A DNA stretch of 64,000 nucleotides, from positions 32,001 through 96,000 of the forward strand of contig CAWDLW010000017.1 in the NCBI GenBank assembly GCA_963803145.1, read 5' to 3'. The stretch comes from Methanotrichaceae archaeon. GTDB taxonomy: Archaea > Halobacteriota > Methanosarcinia > Methanotrichales > Methanotrichaceae. A program made the position numbers and the translations under genes. The stretch's first letter is position 1. Every line of letters starts with the position of its first letter. Below, one piece after another: positions 51,351 to 59,673 of this stretch. The notes below the pieces were generated by a model. That model was not told the DNA's origin. It was given only the letters and a program-made list of their open reading frames with translations, and did no database searches.

Positions 51351-51828
51351 TGATTTTATCCTTTTTTAAAAAACTTTCTGCATCTGCAGGCCTCTTTTCA
51401 TTTCTGATGTATGGTTTCCCATACTTAACTTTTTTCACTACTCTTAAAATTCGCCAGCCATATTTATATGAAAAATCTATACCTCTTGTATCCCTTACAT
51501 ATTTTAATACATCTTTTATCGTCATTCCTTTGTCTTCAATTTCTTTAATAACTCTATCCCATTCATCAAGAGACATCTTTGGCTTTTTGCCATTTCTATT
51601 CTTTGGTGTCAATCCATTATAGCCTTGATTATTCCATCTGCTTAACCAATATTTTATTGTCCTCTCGCCCCTTTTTAAAATATCAGCTACCTCATATACG
51701 TTTTTCCCTTCATATAAATGTATTATTGCCAATAACCGTTCCTTAATCCTTAGATCAGTCTCTTTTTTATATAATTTATCAAGGTCTATCTTTGATATAT
51801 GCCTAATTATTATAGGTTTTCTACCCAT
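51331..51828 (-). CDS. IS630 transposase OrfA (HTH)
   Basis: RLLAI...G...EVA.....RTI..W..RWN..G..GL, YGKPY; ends after the T6A6G run. Confidence 0.85.
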   Translation of the reverse strand: MGRKPIIIRHISKIDLDKLYKKETDLRIKERLLAIIHLYEGKNVYEVADILKRGERTIKYWLSRWNNQGYNGLTPKNRNGKKPKMSLDEWDRVIKEIEDKGMTIKDVLKYVRDTRGIDFSYKYGWRILRVVKKVKYGKPYIRNEKRPADAESFLKKDKISADHSY

Positions 51829-52236
51829 GCCTATGTATTTTCACGCATTAATTATTAAATGTATCTATAGGGCAATAAGCTCAATGATTAACTATAATCC
51901 ATTTTTCGTCAGATTATCCAAGTATTGAGTTCCTGTTGCGGAGTTCAGATTAGCTTGGTATATTATCCTGGTCTTGCCTGCGCCATTTGCGCATATCTCT
52001 AAGATCTGGGCTGTAACCACATTTGGATTCCTTTTGCTTGGCATATTATCCTACTTCCCCAAGGATTGTAATTCCATGTCACAAATCTGGTCTTATTGAA
52101 CCATATAGACGATTATTCCTATTTTTAATCCAGATATTAGACGGAAGGATAAGGGGAACCTGTTCTAATTTTCGATCCGTACTGATAATAGGTAGTAGAT
52201 GCAGAAGGGATTCCTGATTTTAGCTGTGTTTTATGA

Positions 52237-52497
52237 TTAAATAATCTTCCGTTTAGATATACGCATATGATATGCCTTCTTGTCTAGCTGTTTTATCATC
52301 TCCACCAGTACTGAAAACACCGCCGCCTCCAGAGGATCATCCAGCGCATAGAACGCCTCGCTCGAATGCTTCTTGGCCATCTCGGCAATCATCTGCCCAT
52401 AGATCTGGTCCTCCTTCTTGAGCGCCTTTGAAGCCTTCAGCCATCTGGCCGCGACATCTTTCACGCCCATCCTCACGCTCTCGAAGCTCCTGCCCAT
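52237..52497 (-). CDS. Small PolB2-operon-associated (PPB2-like) protein
   Basis: MGRSFESVR......W.K..KALKKEDQ......MAKKH......DPLEA..FSVL pattern of the small gene in archaeal polB2 operons. Confidence 0.65.
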   Translation of the reverse strand: MGRSFESVRMGVKDVAARWLKASKALKKEDQIYGQMIAEMAKKHSSEAFYALDDPLEAAVFSVLVEMIKQLDKKAYHMRISKRKII

Positions 52498-52499
52498 AA

Positions 52500-52730
52500 T
52501 TATTCGCCCAGGCAGAAAGCTTCAGGCCACAATTCGCCGGATATGGGCGTCTGCTCTATAGCCCAACTCCTTCCCTCAAGCCTGCTCTTAATCATGTCCT
52601 CAATATCCTCAGGCCTCGCGTGGAAAATCTCTGCAAGAATCTCTTTTGCTGCCTGAAGCTCTAGCAGTCTCGTGTTGACTTTCTTCCTGGGTTCCATGGG
52701 CCTTGACTCGCGCCTATGCCACAAGATCAT
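52500..52730 (-). CDS. Small hypothetical protein (ELQAA.EILAE family)
   Basis: Overlaps the upstream gene (ATGA); paralogue at 53686. Confidence 0.7.
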   Translation of the reverse strand: MILWHRRESRPMEPRKKVNTRLLELQAAKEILAEIFHARPEDIEDMIKSRLEGRSWAIEQTPISGELWPEAFCLGE

Positions 52731-53239
52731 GAGAATACCTCCAGTGTGGTCTGGCTTTCTCTCGTCCTCGGACTGGCCTTTGCAACAATTCTTGCCTCAG
52801 CTCTCGGCCCTTCATCAAAGTAGAATACTCTATCAGCGTTCGCAATAAGATTCTCTAGGTAGGGATCGGGCTCCGGCACATAGAGCAGTACTGTAGCATT
52901 ATTCGAGGCTTCTCTCATGGAATGAGAGACGTACTCTGTTATCTCTCGAGCATCCTCGTAAAGTAGGGGATCGTGCTCTATTATCATAATCGTATGACGA
53001 TTCTCCTCAAGTATAGTCATTAGCTGGAAGACCGTGAAGGCTCGGCGAATCTCCAGCGCTTCAAACCTGCGGTCTAGGCTGCTAAGGATTGCAGAATAGT
53101 TCCCGCAGACATAGAGCACCTTGAACCTCTGGATGTTGAGATGACTATTAAGGGCCTGGATGAACATCTCCCTAGAGGCGATGAGGGCATTAAAGGATCT
53201 TGGTCTGAGGGTGATGGTGGGGTGTAGCTCAAAGTCCAT
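52727..53239 (-). CDS. Inactivated RadA/RecA-fold protein (polB2-operon type)
   Basis: VLYVCGN, IRRAFTVFQL, IIEHDPLLY, ADRV; no Walker A. Confidence 0.65.
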   Translation of the reverse strand: MDFELHPTITLRPRSFNALIASREMFIQALNSHLNIQRFKVLYVCGNYSAILSSLDRRFEALEIRRAFTVFQLMTILEENRHTIMIIEHDPLLYEDAREITEYVSHSMREASNNATVLLYVPEPDPYLENLIANADRVFYFDEGPRAEARIVAKASPRTRESQTTLEVFS

Positions 53240-53685
53240 GCTAAAAGAAAGATAACTTCAGGGATTAAAGACAGATGCATGAGTGTGGCGTGAAAGTAAA
53301 ATGGATTTGATTCGCTATGGACGCCTTAGGTTTAAGTATTTATCACTTACAGCAAATAGCGATAACTCTTTGGAGCAACGAAGAGACGATCTGGAAAAGG
53401 CAGTCTTGAACGGAACCACTGATATCAAGCTGTAGAACCAGTTCACGTTCGGGGAGTTCTAATCTCCTCAAAGGAAGCTATTTGGTTGTTAAAGATTCCT
53501 AAGTATCCCAACCAAATGATTCAGCTCGCGTTATCTACCATTTGATTGAAGGTTAGTTTCCTCCTCACAGCGTGAAGAAGTATGGGCCATTTGTATGTTA
53601 TTTATACTTTCTTTTATGTTAATATGGCATTTTTTCATATTTTTACCCCAAAACTACTTATTCTCATACGAAGAATAAGCATACT

Positions 53686-53904
53686 ATGGCAGGAGTTCTT
53701 GAGCAGATGAGGAGGTCTAAGAGAAAACTGGTGAGAGATAGTGTATCCACAGCCAAAATCGACCAGAATGTTCTGGAGCTCCAGGCAGCTATGGAAATCC
53801 TGGCTGAGGTCTTTGGCACCAATGTATCGGAGATAGATGAGCTGCTCAAGCATCGGTGTGATGAAATGGGGGAATGGCCACTCGAGTTCTGTCTAGCAGA
53901 GTGA
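53686..53904 (+). CDS. Small hypothetical protein, paralogue of 52500-52730
   Basis: LELQAAMEILAEVF...I...R...WPLEFCLAE vs LELQAAKEILAEIF...I...R...WPEAFCLGE. Confidence 0.7.
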   Translation: MAGVLEQMRRSKRKLVRDSVSTAKIDQNVLELQAAMEILAEVFGTNVSEIDELLKHRCDEMGEWPLEFCLAE

Positions 53905-54175
53905 TCTCAAATTTTTTCTGGCAAACTGATTAATGGTCTTTTAATTTCCTTCCGGCTCTTATTAACCGTCTGGAATCTACATACTCGATTGATATCTATA
54001 TGAAGCACGAATAGCTCTATGTGTTCTCTCATTATTGATCATTCTACCAAACAGGGACAAAGTCTGCAATGGATGATCTCTAATATAAAGATGTATTTTG
54101 TTCGTTCCTTTATTTAGGGGGGCCTCTTTTTCTCGATCGAAATCTATATATCCGTCTATTGTCGTATATAGTATT

Positions 54176-54262
54176 AGGCAAAAGTCGAATAACATTTCGT
54201 TCCCATTTTTAAAGGCTTTTGCCTCCCTCCTATTCATCGTGCTATGTTGCGATTGATTCATT
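54176..54262 (+). ncRNA. Putative sRNA copy 1
   Basis: TATA-like CTATATAT about 25 nt upstream; stem AGGCAAAAGTC/GGCTTTTGCCT followed by CCCTCCT; paralogous to 55326. Confidence 0.55.
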
Positions 54263-54624
54263 TCTAGTCTTTAATTAGGCCGCTGCACAATTAATTAAAT
54301 TTAAATAGTTTAAAATCGTATTAGCCTATAGTGGGCCTCGATGTATTCTTCCCCCTGAAGCCATCGCGCCATAAGATCATCCAATAGCAAAGATCTTGGA
54401 AACATTCGTCATTATCTTTTCTTCCTCTATCTACTAGATATTCCGATCCTTAAGCACTCATTATTAGTGATTGCATTGTGCAGACTCGTTACTCAATAGT
54501 CTTTAATTATGAGCAATGACCCATAATTTATAGTGTCTTTATATCACCCTATCGCCTATTTCTGGATTAAATTAATATTACATGAGCTCTCTAAGACACC
54601 TATCTTTGTTCAGGAGGAACCATC

Positions 54625-54906
54625 ATCGTAGAGAAAGAAGAGAAGAAATCAAGAAATTTTGCCCTTAGGGACAAAAAGGGCAATGAGAGTGGAGTCTTCA
54701 CTGGATCATCGCCCAGGCAAGCAGCCCTAAAAGCAGCCAATCGGGGCGTTACTGATATCAGGCTCCGAGAGCGAGGCACAAAGAAGGTGCATGTGTTCCA
54801 GGGAGAGCGCGTGCAGGTGAAAAAGCCGGCCAATGCCCCGGCCTGGATGCCAGATAAGATCTGGAAGCCGAAGGTCAAGAAGATAGGTGTCGAGAAGCTG
54901 GAATAA
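54625..54906 (+). CDS. Non-histone chromosomal protein MC1 (ATC start; not in ORF track)
   Basis: RNFALRDKKGNESGVFTGSSPRQAALKAANRG...IRLRERGTKKVHVF...APAWMPDKIWKP.V.K.G; AGGAGG at 54612-54617. Confidence 0.92.
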   Translation: MVEKEEKKSRNFALRDKKGNESGVFTGSSPRQAALKAANRGVTDIRLRERGTKKVHVFQGERVQVKKPANAPAWMPDKIWKPKVKKIGVEKLE

Positions 54907-55325
54907 TTAAATCTCGCGATTTTTCGCAGGTCGCGCAGCCCCATATGCAGCTTCGAGATGAGATCAAATGTCGGGATGCGCCGAAGCTTTTCGTTTTTAC
55001 GTTTTCTTTGATATAGTCATTCAAGTAAATATTTTATTTTCCTAAGCCCTAACGCAGATCTGCGGAGGAATATACGAAGCCTTTGAGGTGCTCCGCTTGC
55101 GATGGCGTTAGCATTTCGGTGAAATATCTGGGAAGCTGAGGCAAGGGCAAGCGCAGATTCAGCATCTCTAAGGTGCTGGATTCCCGTGAAAGGATGCTGT
55201 GGATCAGCGTTGGTCCGCCCTTGCTCGATTATCCTATTCTCTGATATTACTTATCATCCCCACCAGCTATCGATCTTCTGATAATCGCTAACTTTATATA
55301 TCGGCGATTCGCGTATATGTTATAT

Positions 55326-55410
55326 GGCAAAAGTCGATACACCTCTTTAGTCTGACTCCTACATCTGGACTTTTGCCTCCCTCCTTTTCGTGATACAACG
55401 TTGTAGTATG
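55326..55410 (+). ncRNA. Putative sRNA copy 2
   Basis: TTTATATAT upstream; perfect stem GGCAAAAGTC/GACTTTTGCC followed by TCCCTCCTTTT and palindrome TACAACGTTGTA. Confidence 0.55.
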
Positions 55411-55536
55411 CTGTGGTTTATACTATCCCGCTATGGGTAGTAAAATAGTGTATTCGTTAGCGATTTTGATGGACCTTCAAAAACAAGAAATAGGGGGGGA
55501 ATTACCCCTTAGACCTTTATGCTATTAGAGATGCGT

Positions 55537-55730
55537 TCAGGTATAGCTGGTATTGGCGGTTAGGGCATAGGTGCCACTAGCTGTTACGGCTGGCTTGCCG
55601 AGTGCGATCGGTACTGCAACATCGTTGAAGTAGTGAATGTGACCTTGACCGCTCACGTTGGATATTCAGAAATTATTCGCCAAAGTGAAATCATTGACGT
55701 GAACTGTGATAGTTCGTTGCCTGCTGGTAC
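55537..55730 (-). pseudogene. Decayed fragment homologous to the middle domain of the PQQ-cupredoxin protein
   Basis: ITVHVNDFTLANNF*ISNVSGQGHIHYFNDVAVPIALGKPAVTASGTYALTANTSYT* vs QGYINYFMDVPVPTAAGKPTFTASGTYVQSGNTSYTW. Confidence 0.75.
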
Positions 55731-55804
55731 AAACATTATAAATAAGTTTGACTACTTTAGAAGGAGAACAAAGCATTGCATAGCCATATTCTCTAAGAGG
55801 ATTT

Positions 55805-56761
55805 ATGATAATAAAGGACGAAAGAATCGATGAGAAAATGACAAACATTGCACATAAAGATCTTTATAGTTTTGAGCCCACTAATTTAGATAAAGTTCTT
55901 TTTCCTGATGCTGGTATAACTAAAGGCGATTTGATCGATTATTACAGAAAAATATCTGGATTTATGCTTCCTCATATGAAGGATAGGCCAGTCACTATGC
56001 ACCGGTTCCCTAACGGCATAGGGAAAAGCGGTTTCTTCCAGCAGAATATACAAGATTATTTTCCGGATTGGATAGATAGGATTACCATAAACAAGAAAGA
56101 TGAAGGAAGCGTAACTCACCTGTTATGCAATAATGAAGCTACGCTGGTCTACATGGCCAATCTCGCTTGTATAGCGCCGCATATATGGCTGAGCAGAGCG
56201 GATAAGTTATTCTACCCAGATAAGATTATAATCGATTTGGACCCTTCGGATGACTTTGAACAGGTCAGATCCGCAGCATTTTATATCAAGGAAGTTGCAG
56301 AGAAGCTTGAACTTAGATCTTTTATTATGCTAACGGGCTCACGAGGGTTACATGTGGCTTTTCCCCTAATTAGGAATGAGAGCTTTGATGAAGCTCGCTT
56401 CTTTTCACAAGAATTGGCAAAATACTTAGTCAATCAAAATCCTGATCTGTTTACTTTAGAGGAGCACAAAGAAAAACGCAGTGGTCGGGTTTTCTTGGAT
56501 ACATTACGAAACTCATATGGTCAGACCTCCATAGCTCCATATGCCATCAGGGCCAGATCAGATGCTCCTGTGGCTGCGCCCATTGAATGGATCGAGCTTA
56601 GCAACGAGGAGATAGATTCTAGATATTATGATATGGAGAACATGCTCGTTAGGATAAAACAAAAGGAAGATCCCTGGAAGGGATTTTACAACGAGGCACA
56701 ATCATTGAAAAGACCTAGACTGCTGTTGAAGGATATGCTCAAAAATAATTTAGATAAATAA
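55805..56761 (+). CDS. Stand-alone LigD-type primase/polymerase (NHEJ Pol domain)
   Basis: TNLDKVLFP..GITKGDL..YY, RFPNGI..FFQ, DLDP, TGSRGLHV, FLD.LRN..GQT..APY..RAR. Confidence 0.9.
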   Translation: MIIKDERIDEKMTNIAHKDLYSFEPTNLDKVLFPDAGITKGDLIDYYRKISGFMLPHMKDRPVTMHRFPNGIGKSGFFQQNIQDYFPDWIDRITINKKDEGSVTHLLCNNEATLVYMANLACIAPHIWLSRADKLFYPDKIIIDLDPSDDFEQVRSAAFYIKEVAEKLELRSFIMLTGSRGLHVAFPLIRNESFDEARFFSQELAKYLVNQNPDLFTLEEHKEKRSGRVFLDTLRNSYGQTSIAPYAIRARSDAPVAAPIEWIELSNEEIDSRYYDMENMLVRIKQKEDPWKGFYNEAQSLKRPRLLLKDMLKNNLDK

Positions 56762-56864
56762 ACTTTAGGCCGTATAGGCTTATCAGAACATAGCACCATT
56801 TTTGCCACTGCATAACCTACACGGCACCAACTTTTATCATACTGCCCATCGGCAGGTTTCGAGT

Positions 56865-56957
56865 TTACATCAGTCCCGTTGCTATCAAAGCTACGACAAA
56901 TATTACCAGTAGCGCTATCCAATAGGGAAATACATTTGCACGCGCTGATTTGACCAT
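56865..56957 (-). CDS. Putative 30-aa single-TM peptide
   Basis: MVKSARANVFPYWIALLVIFVVALIATGLM*, preceded by purine-rich GAAGGTAGGA. Confidence 0.4.
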   Translation of the reverse strand: MVKSARANVFPYWIALLVIFVVALIATGLM

Positions 56958-57325
56958 ATCTTTTCCTACCTTCAATATTTTTGGTTATTTTCCTCTTGGG
57001 GTATAGAGTATTTATCCTTTATGGTGAAAAAGGGTAAAAAGCCAAAAAGGGGAATCGTTAAAAGTAATCCTAAGGGAACCATGTTCCCGCGATCTGTATA
57101 GGTCTATTTTCTCGCTTAGGGCACCATTTGAACGATTTATAGTCTAAAAAACGGATAATGGCCAGTAATGATATCACCACTGCTGAATTCTCCACTTAAT
57201 ACTTTGTTCCCTTAATGGATAACTTCAAGCAGGCATAAGAGATGCTATGATCGCATACGTAGTCTTTTAATACACATAAATATCTATAGGTTTTACTAAG
57301 TGACGAGAAGAGGCGCAGCAGTCCA

Positions 57326-57772
57326 ATGCCCAGCAATAGATATACAAGGATAGAGATTACGCCTGATGCCTACAGAGCACTCGAAGCTGAAGCCATCCTC
57401 CAGAGAAAGACACTAAAGAAGCTTGCATCTGAGCTGATAATGAGCAGTGTCTCCAAGAAGGCATTGGATTTCATCCAAGAAGTCAGCACTCCCCACGTGG
57501 AAAACGTGGATTTCAGCGATCCAAAGATTGCAAAGGTAATCGATAAAATTGGCGCAACAGATATGCATATCGATGAGCATCTCTTGGAGACCATTCAGGA
57601 GATACTGCTGAACGAGGGCTATCAAGGAGCAATGTTATATGCTGCTCAGCACACAGCCTCTGCTGAGAGGGATGAACTTCATAGAGTGCTGACTATCTGC
57701 GAGCGCTATAAGGTTTCTCCTACGGTAGCTGCAGAGATTATCAGCGATCTAAACACGATCAAACATCGGTGA
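57326..57772 (+). CDS. Hypothetical protein with ribbon-helix-helix-like N-terminus
   Basis: YTRIEITPDAYRALEAEAILQRKTLKKLASELI. Confidence 0.65.
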   Translation: MPSNRYTRIEITPDAYRALEAEAILQRKTLKKLASELIMSSVSKKALDFIQEVSTPHVENVDFSDPKIAKVIDKIGATDMHIDEHLLETIQEILLNEGYQGAMLYAAQHTASAERDELHRVLTICERYKVSPTVAAEIISDLNTIKHR

Positions 57773-57813
57773 GCATATTCTAAGGATACTCAAAAGATCG
57801 GAAAAAATGATAG

Positions 57814-57887
57814 CGGACCCGCCGGGATTCGAACCCGGGTCCGAGGCTCCGGAGGCCTCTATTCTATCCAGACTATACTACGAGTCC
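57814..57887 (-). tRNA. tRNA-Arg (CCG)
   Basis: GGACTCG acceptor stem, GAGGC-CTCCGGA-GCCTC anticodon arm, CCGGGTTCGAATCCCGG T-arm. Confidence 0.96.
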
Positions 57888-57979
57888 AAAAGTGTAGAAC
57901 CAAAAATTCACTGAATATAACAGATATAAAACTATGGGATATAGGCAACGGGATTAGCCCCGTGTACCTAGCTCTCCTT

Positions 57980-58288
57980 TCAGCTTTCGAGCACAATCTC
58001 TATGTTTACGTTCTTTGGGACCTGGATTCTCATGAGCTGCCTTAACGCACGCTCATCTGCATCTAGATCTATCAAACGCTTATGTACCCGCATTTCCCAG
58101 TGGTCCCATGTGGAAGATCCCTCACCATCGGGGCTCTTTCTGCAGGGAACCTGCATCCTCTTCGTAGGCAGGGGAATTGGCCCCGCCATGTGTACGCCCG
58201 TTCTCTGGGCGATCCCCTTGACCTGGTTGCATATATCATCCAGCATCAAGGGATTCGTCCCCGAGAGTCTTATCCTTGCTTTCTGCAT
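57980..58288 (-). CDS. rpsJ: 30S ribosomal protein S10
   Basis: [33 protein letters not shown]. Confidence 0.98.
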   Translation of the reverse strand: MQKARIRLSGTNPLMLDDICNQVKGIAQRTGVHMAGPIPLPTKRMQVPCRKSPDGEGSSTWDHWEMRVHKRLIDLDADERALRQLMRIQVPKNVNIEIVLES

Positions 58289-58308
58289 GCTTTAACACCA
58301 AAAAAGGT

Positions 58309-59583
58309 TTAGCGAGGAGTTACAGTCATACACATTCCAGCGGCGACTGTAGTTCCCATGTCTCGGATGGCAAACCTTCCCATCTGCGGGATCTCCTTCA
58401 CTGGCTCTATAACCATTGGTTTTGAAGGCGTGACCATAATAATGGCTGCATCGCCGGCTTTGATGAATGCCGGGTTCTCCTCCTTAACAGCGCCTGTCCT
58501 CGGGTCGAGCTTGGCCAAGATTTGAGATATAGTGCATGCAATCTGCGCTGTGTGGCAGTGGAAGACTGGCGTGTATCCCGCGGATATTGCGCTTGGGTGC
58601 TGCAACACAACGATCTGGGCCTTGAACTCTTTGGCTACGGTCGGAGGCTTCTCTGGATGTCCGCAGACGTCTCCACGTCGAATATCCTTCTTGCTTAGTC
58701 CACGCACGTTCCATCCGATATTATCGCCAGGGAGTGCCTCGGGGACCTCTTCGTGATGCATCTCTATTGACTTGACCTCGCCAGCTACATTTGCAGGCTC
58801 GAAGATGATCTTATCGTTCTTCTTCATGATGCCCGTTTCCACACGACCTACAGGCACTGTGCCTACACCTGAGATTGTGTAGACATCCTGCACGGGTACA
58901 CGCAGTGGCAGATTCGTTGGCTTTTGGGGTACCTTGAGGTTGTTCAGGGCTTGCAGAAGTGTCGGGCCCTTCCACCACTTCATATTATCGCTTGGCTTAG
59001 CAAGGTTATCTCCCATCAATCCCGACATTGGAATGAAGGGTATCTCATCTACCTTATATCCGACCATCTTCAGTAGCTTGCTTATCTCTTCCTTTGCCTC
59101 AAGGAATTTCTTCTCATCAAATGGCGGGGTAGTGGCATCGACCTTGTTCATGCCTATGATTAGCTGGCTTACTCCTAGAGTCCTTGCAAGGAATACGTGC
59201 TCTCTGGTCTGGGCCTGGACACCATCTATAATAGATACCACTAGAACTGCGGCATCTGCTTGGCTCGCTCCAGTGATCATGTTCTTGACGAAGTCCCTAT
59301 GTCCTGGGCAGTCCACGACGGTGAAGTAGTACTTGTCGGTATCGAAGCGTTGATGGGCGATATCAATGGTAACGCCTCTCTCGCGCTCTTCCTTCAGGCT
59401 GTCCATAACCCAGGCGAACTCGAAGGTAGATTTGCCCTTCGATGCCGCCTCCTTCCTGTACTCATCTATGACGTGCGCATCCACTGCGCCAGTCTCAAAC
59501 ATCAGTCTTCCTACTGTGGTTGACTTACCGTGATCAACGTGGCCAATGAATGCTAAATTGAGGTGTGGCTTGGCTTCTGCCAT
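58309..59583 (-). CDS. tuf: Elongation factor 1-alpha
   Basis: [42 protein letters not shown]. Confidence 0.98.
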   Translation of the reverse strand: MAEAKPHLNLAFIGHVDHGKSTTVGRLMFETGAVDAHVIDEYRKEAASKGKSTFEFAWVMDSLKEERERGVTIDIAHQRFDTDKYYFTVVDCPGHRDFVKNMITGASQADAAVLVVSIIDGVQAQTREHVFLARTLGVSQLIIGMNKVDATTPPFDEKKFLEAKEEISKLLKMVGYKVDEIPFIPMSGLMGDNLAKPSDNMKWWKGPTLLQALNNLKVPQKPTNLPLRVPVQDVYTISGVGTVPVGRVETGIMKKNDKIIFEPANVAGEVKSIEMHHEEVPEALPGDNIGWNVRGLSKKDIRRGDVCGHPEKPPTVAKEFKAQIVVLQHPSAISAGYTPVFHCHTAQIACTISQILAKLDPRTGAVKEENPAFIKAGDAAIIMVTPSKPMVIEPVKEIPQMGRFAIRDMGTTVAAGMCMTVTPR

Positions 59584-59673
59584 TATTTATTCCTCCAAAC
59601 ATTCTTCATATTTTCCTGTATTTCCGCTTTTCCGGTTTAAATCTTTTCGAAGGCGTCTGCTGGTCTTACGCCT

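Larger units (their letters stand above)
50812..51894 (-). mobile_element. IS630-family insertion sequence
   Basis: Imperfect TIRs TAGTTAATC....AGCTT.TTGC.CTA at both ends; TA duplication. Confidence 0.9.
50690..52044 (-). pseudogene. Winged-helix transcription regulator disrupted by IS630
   Basis: Rejoined sequence reads MPSKRNPNVVTAQILEICANGAGKTRIIYQANLN...KNGL|IEAIPDGSRFIYKTTSKGREL. Confidence 0.85.

Noticed and set aside
53425-53480. tRNA-like fragment (CTGTAGA...GGAGTTCTAATCTCC)
   Set aside because: Only a T-arm-like hairpin; no convincing acceptor or D stem.
53977-54261. 94-aa minus-strand ORF over sRNA copy 1
   Set aside because: No recognisable motif and not conserved in the paralogous copy.
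54600-54944. 114-aa minus-strand ORF
   Set aside because: Antisense shadow of the MC1 gene.
55537-55730. Stop-codon recoding (Sec/Pyl) in the fragment
   Set aside because: The stops are TGA at Trp/Gly-like positions and come with a frameshift and truncation; decay is the simpler explanation.
47424-57887. Integrated element or provirus ending at tRNA-Arg
   Set aside because: No integrase or viral genes, and no duplicate of the tRNA 3' end was found.
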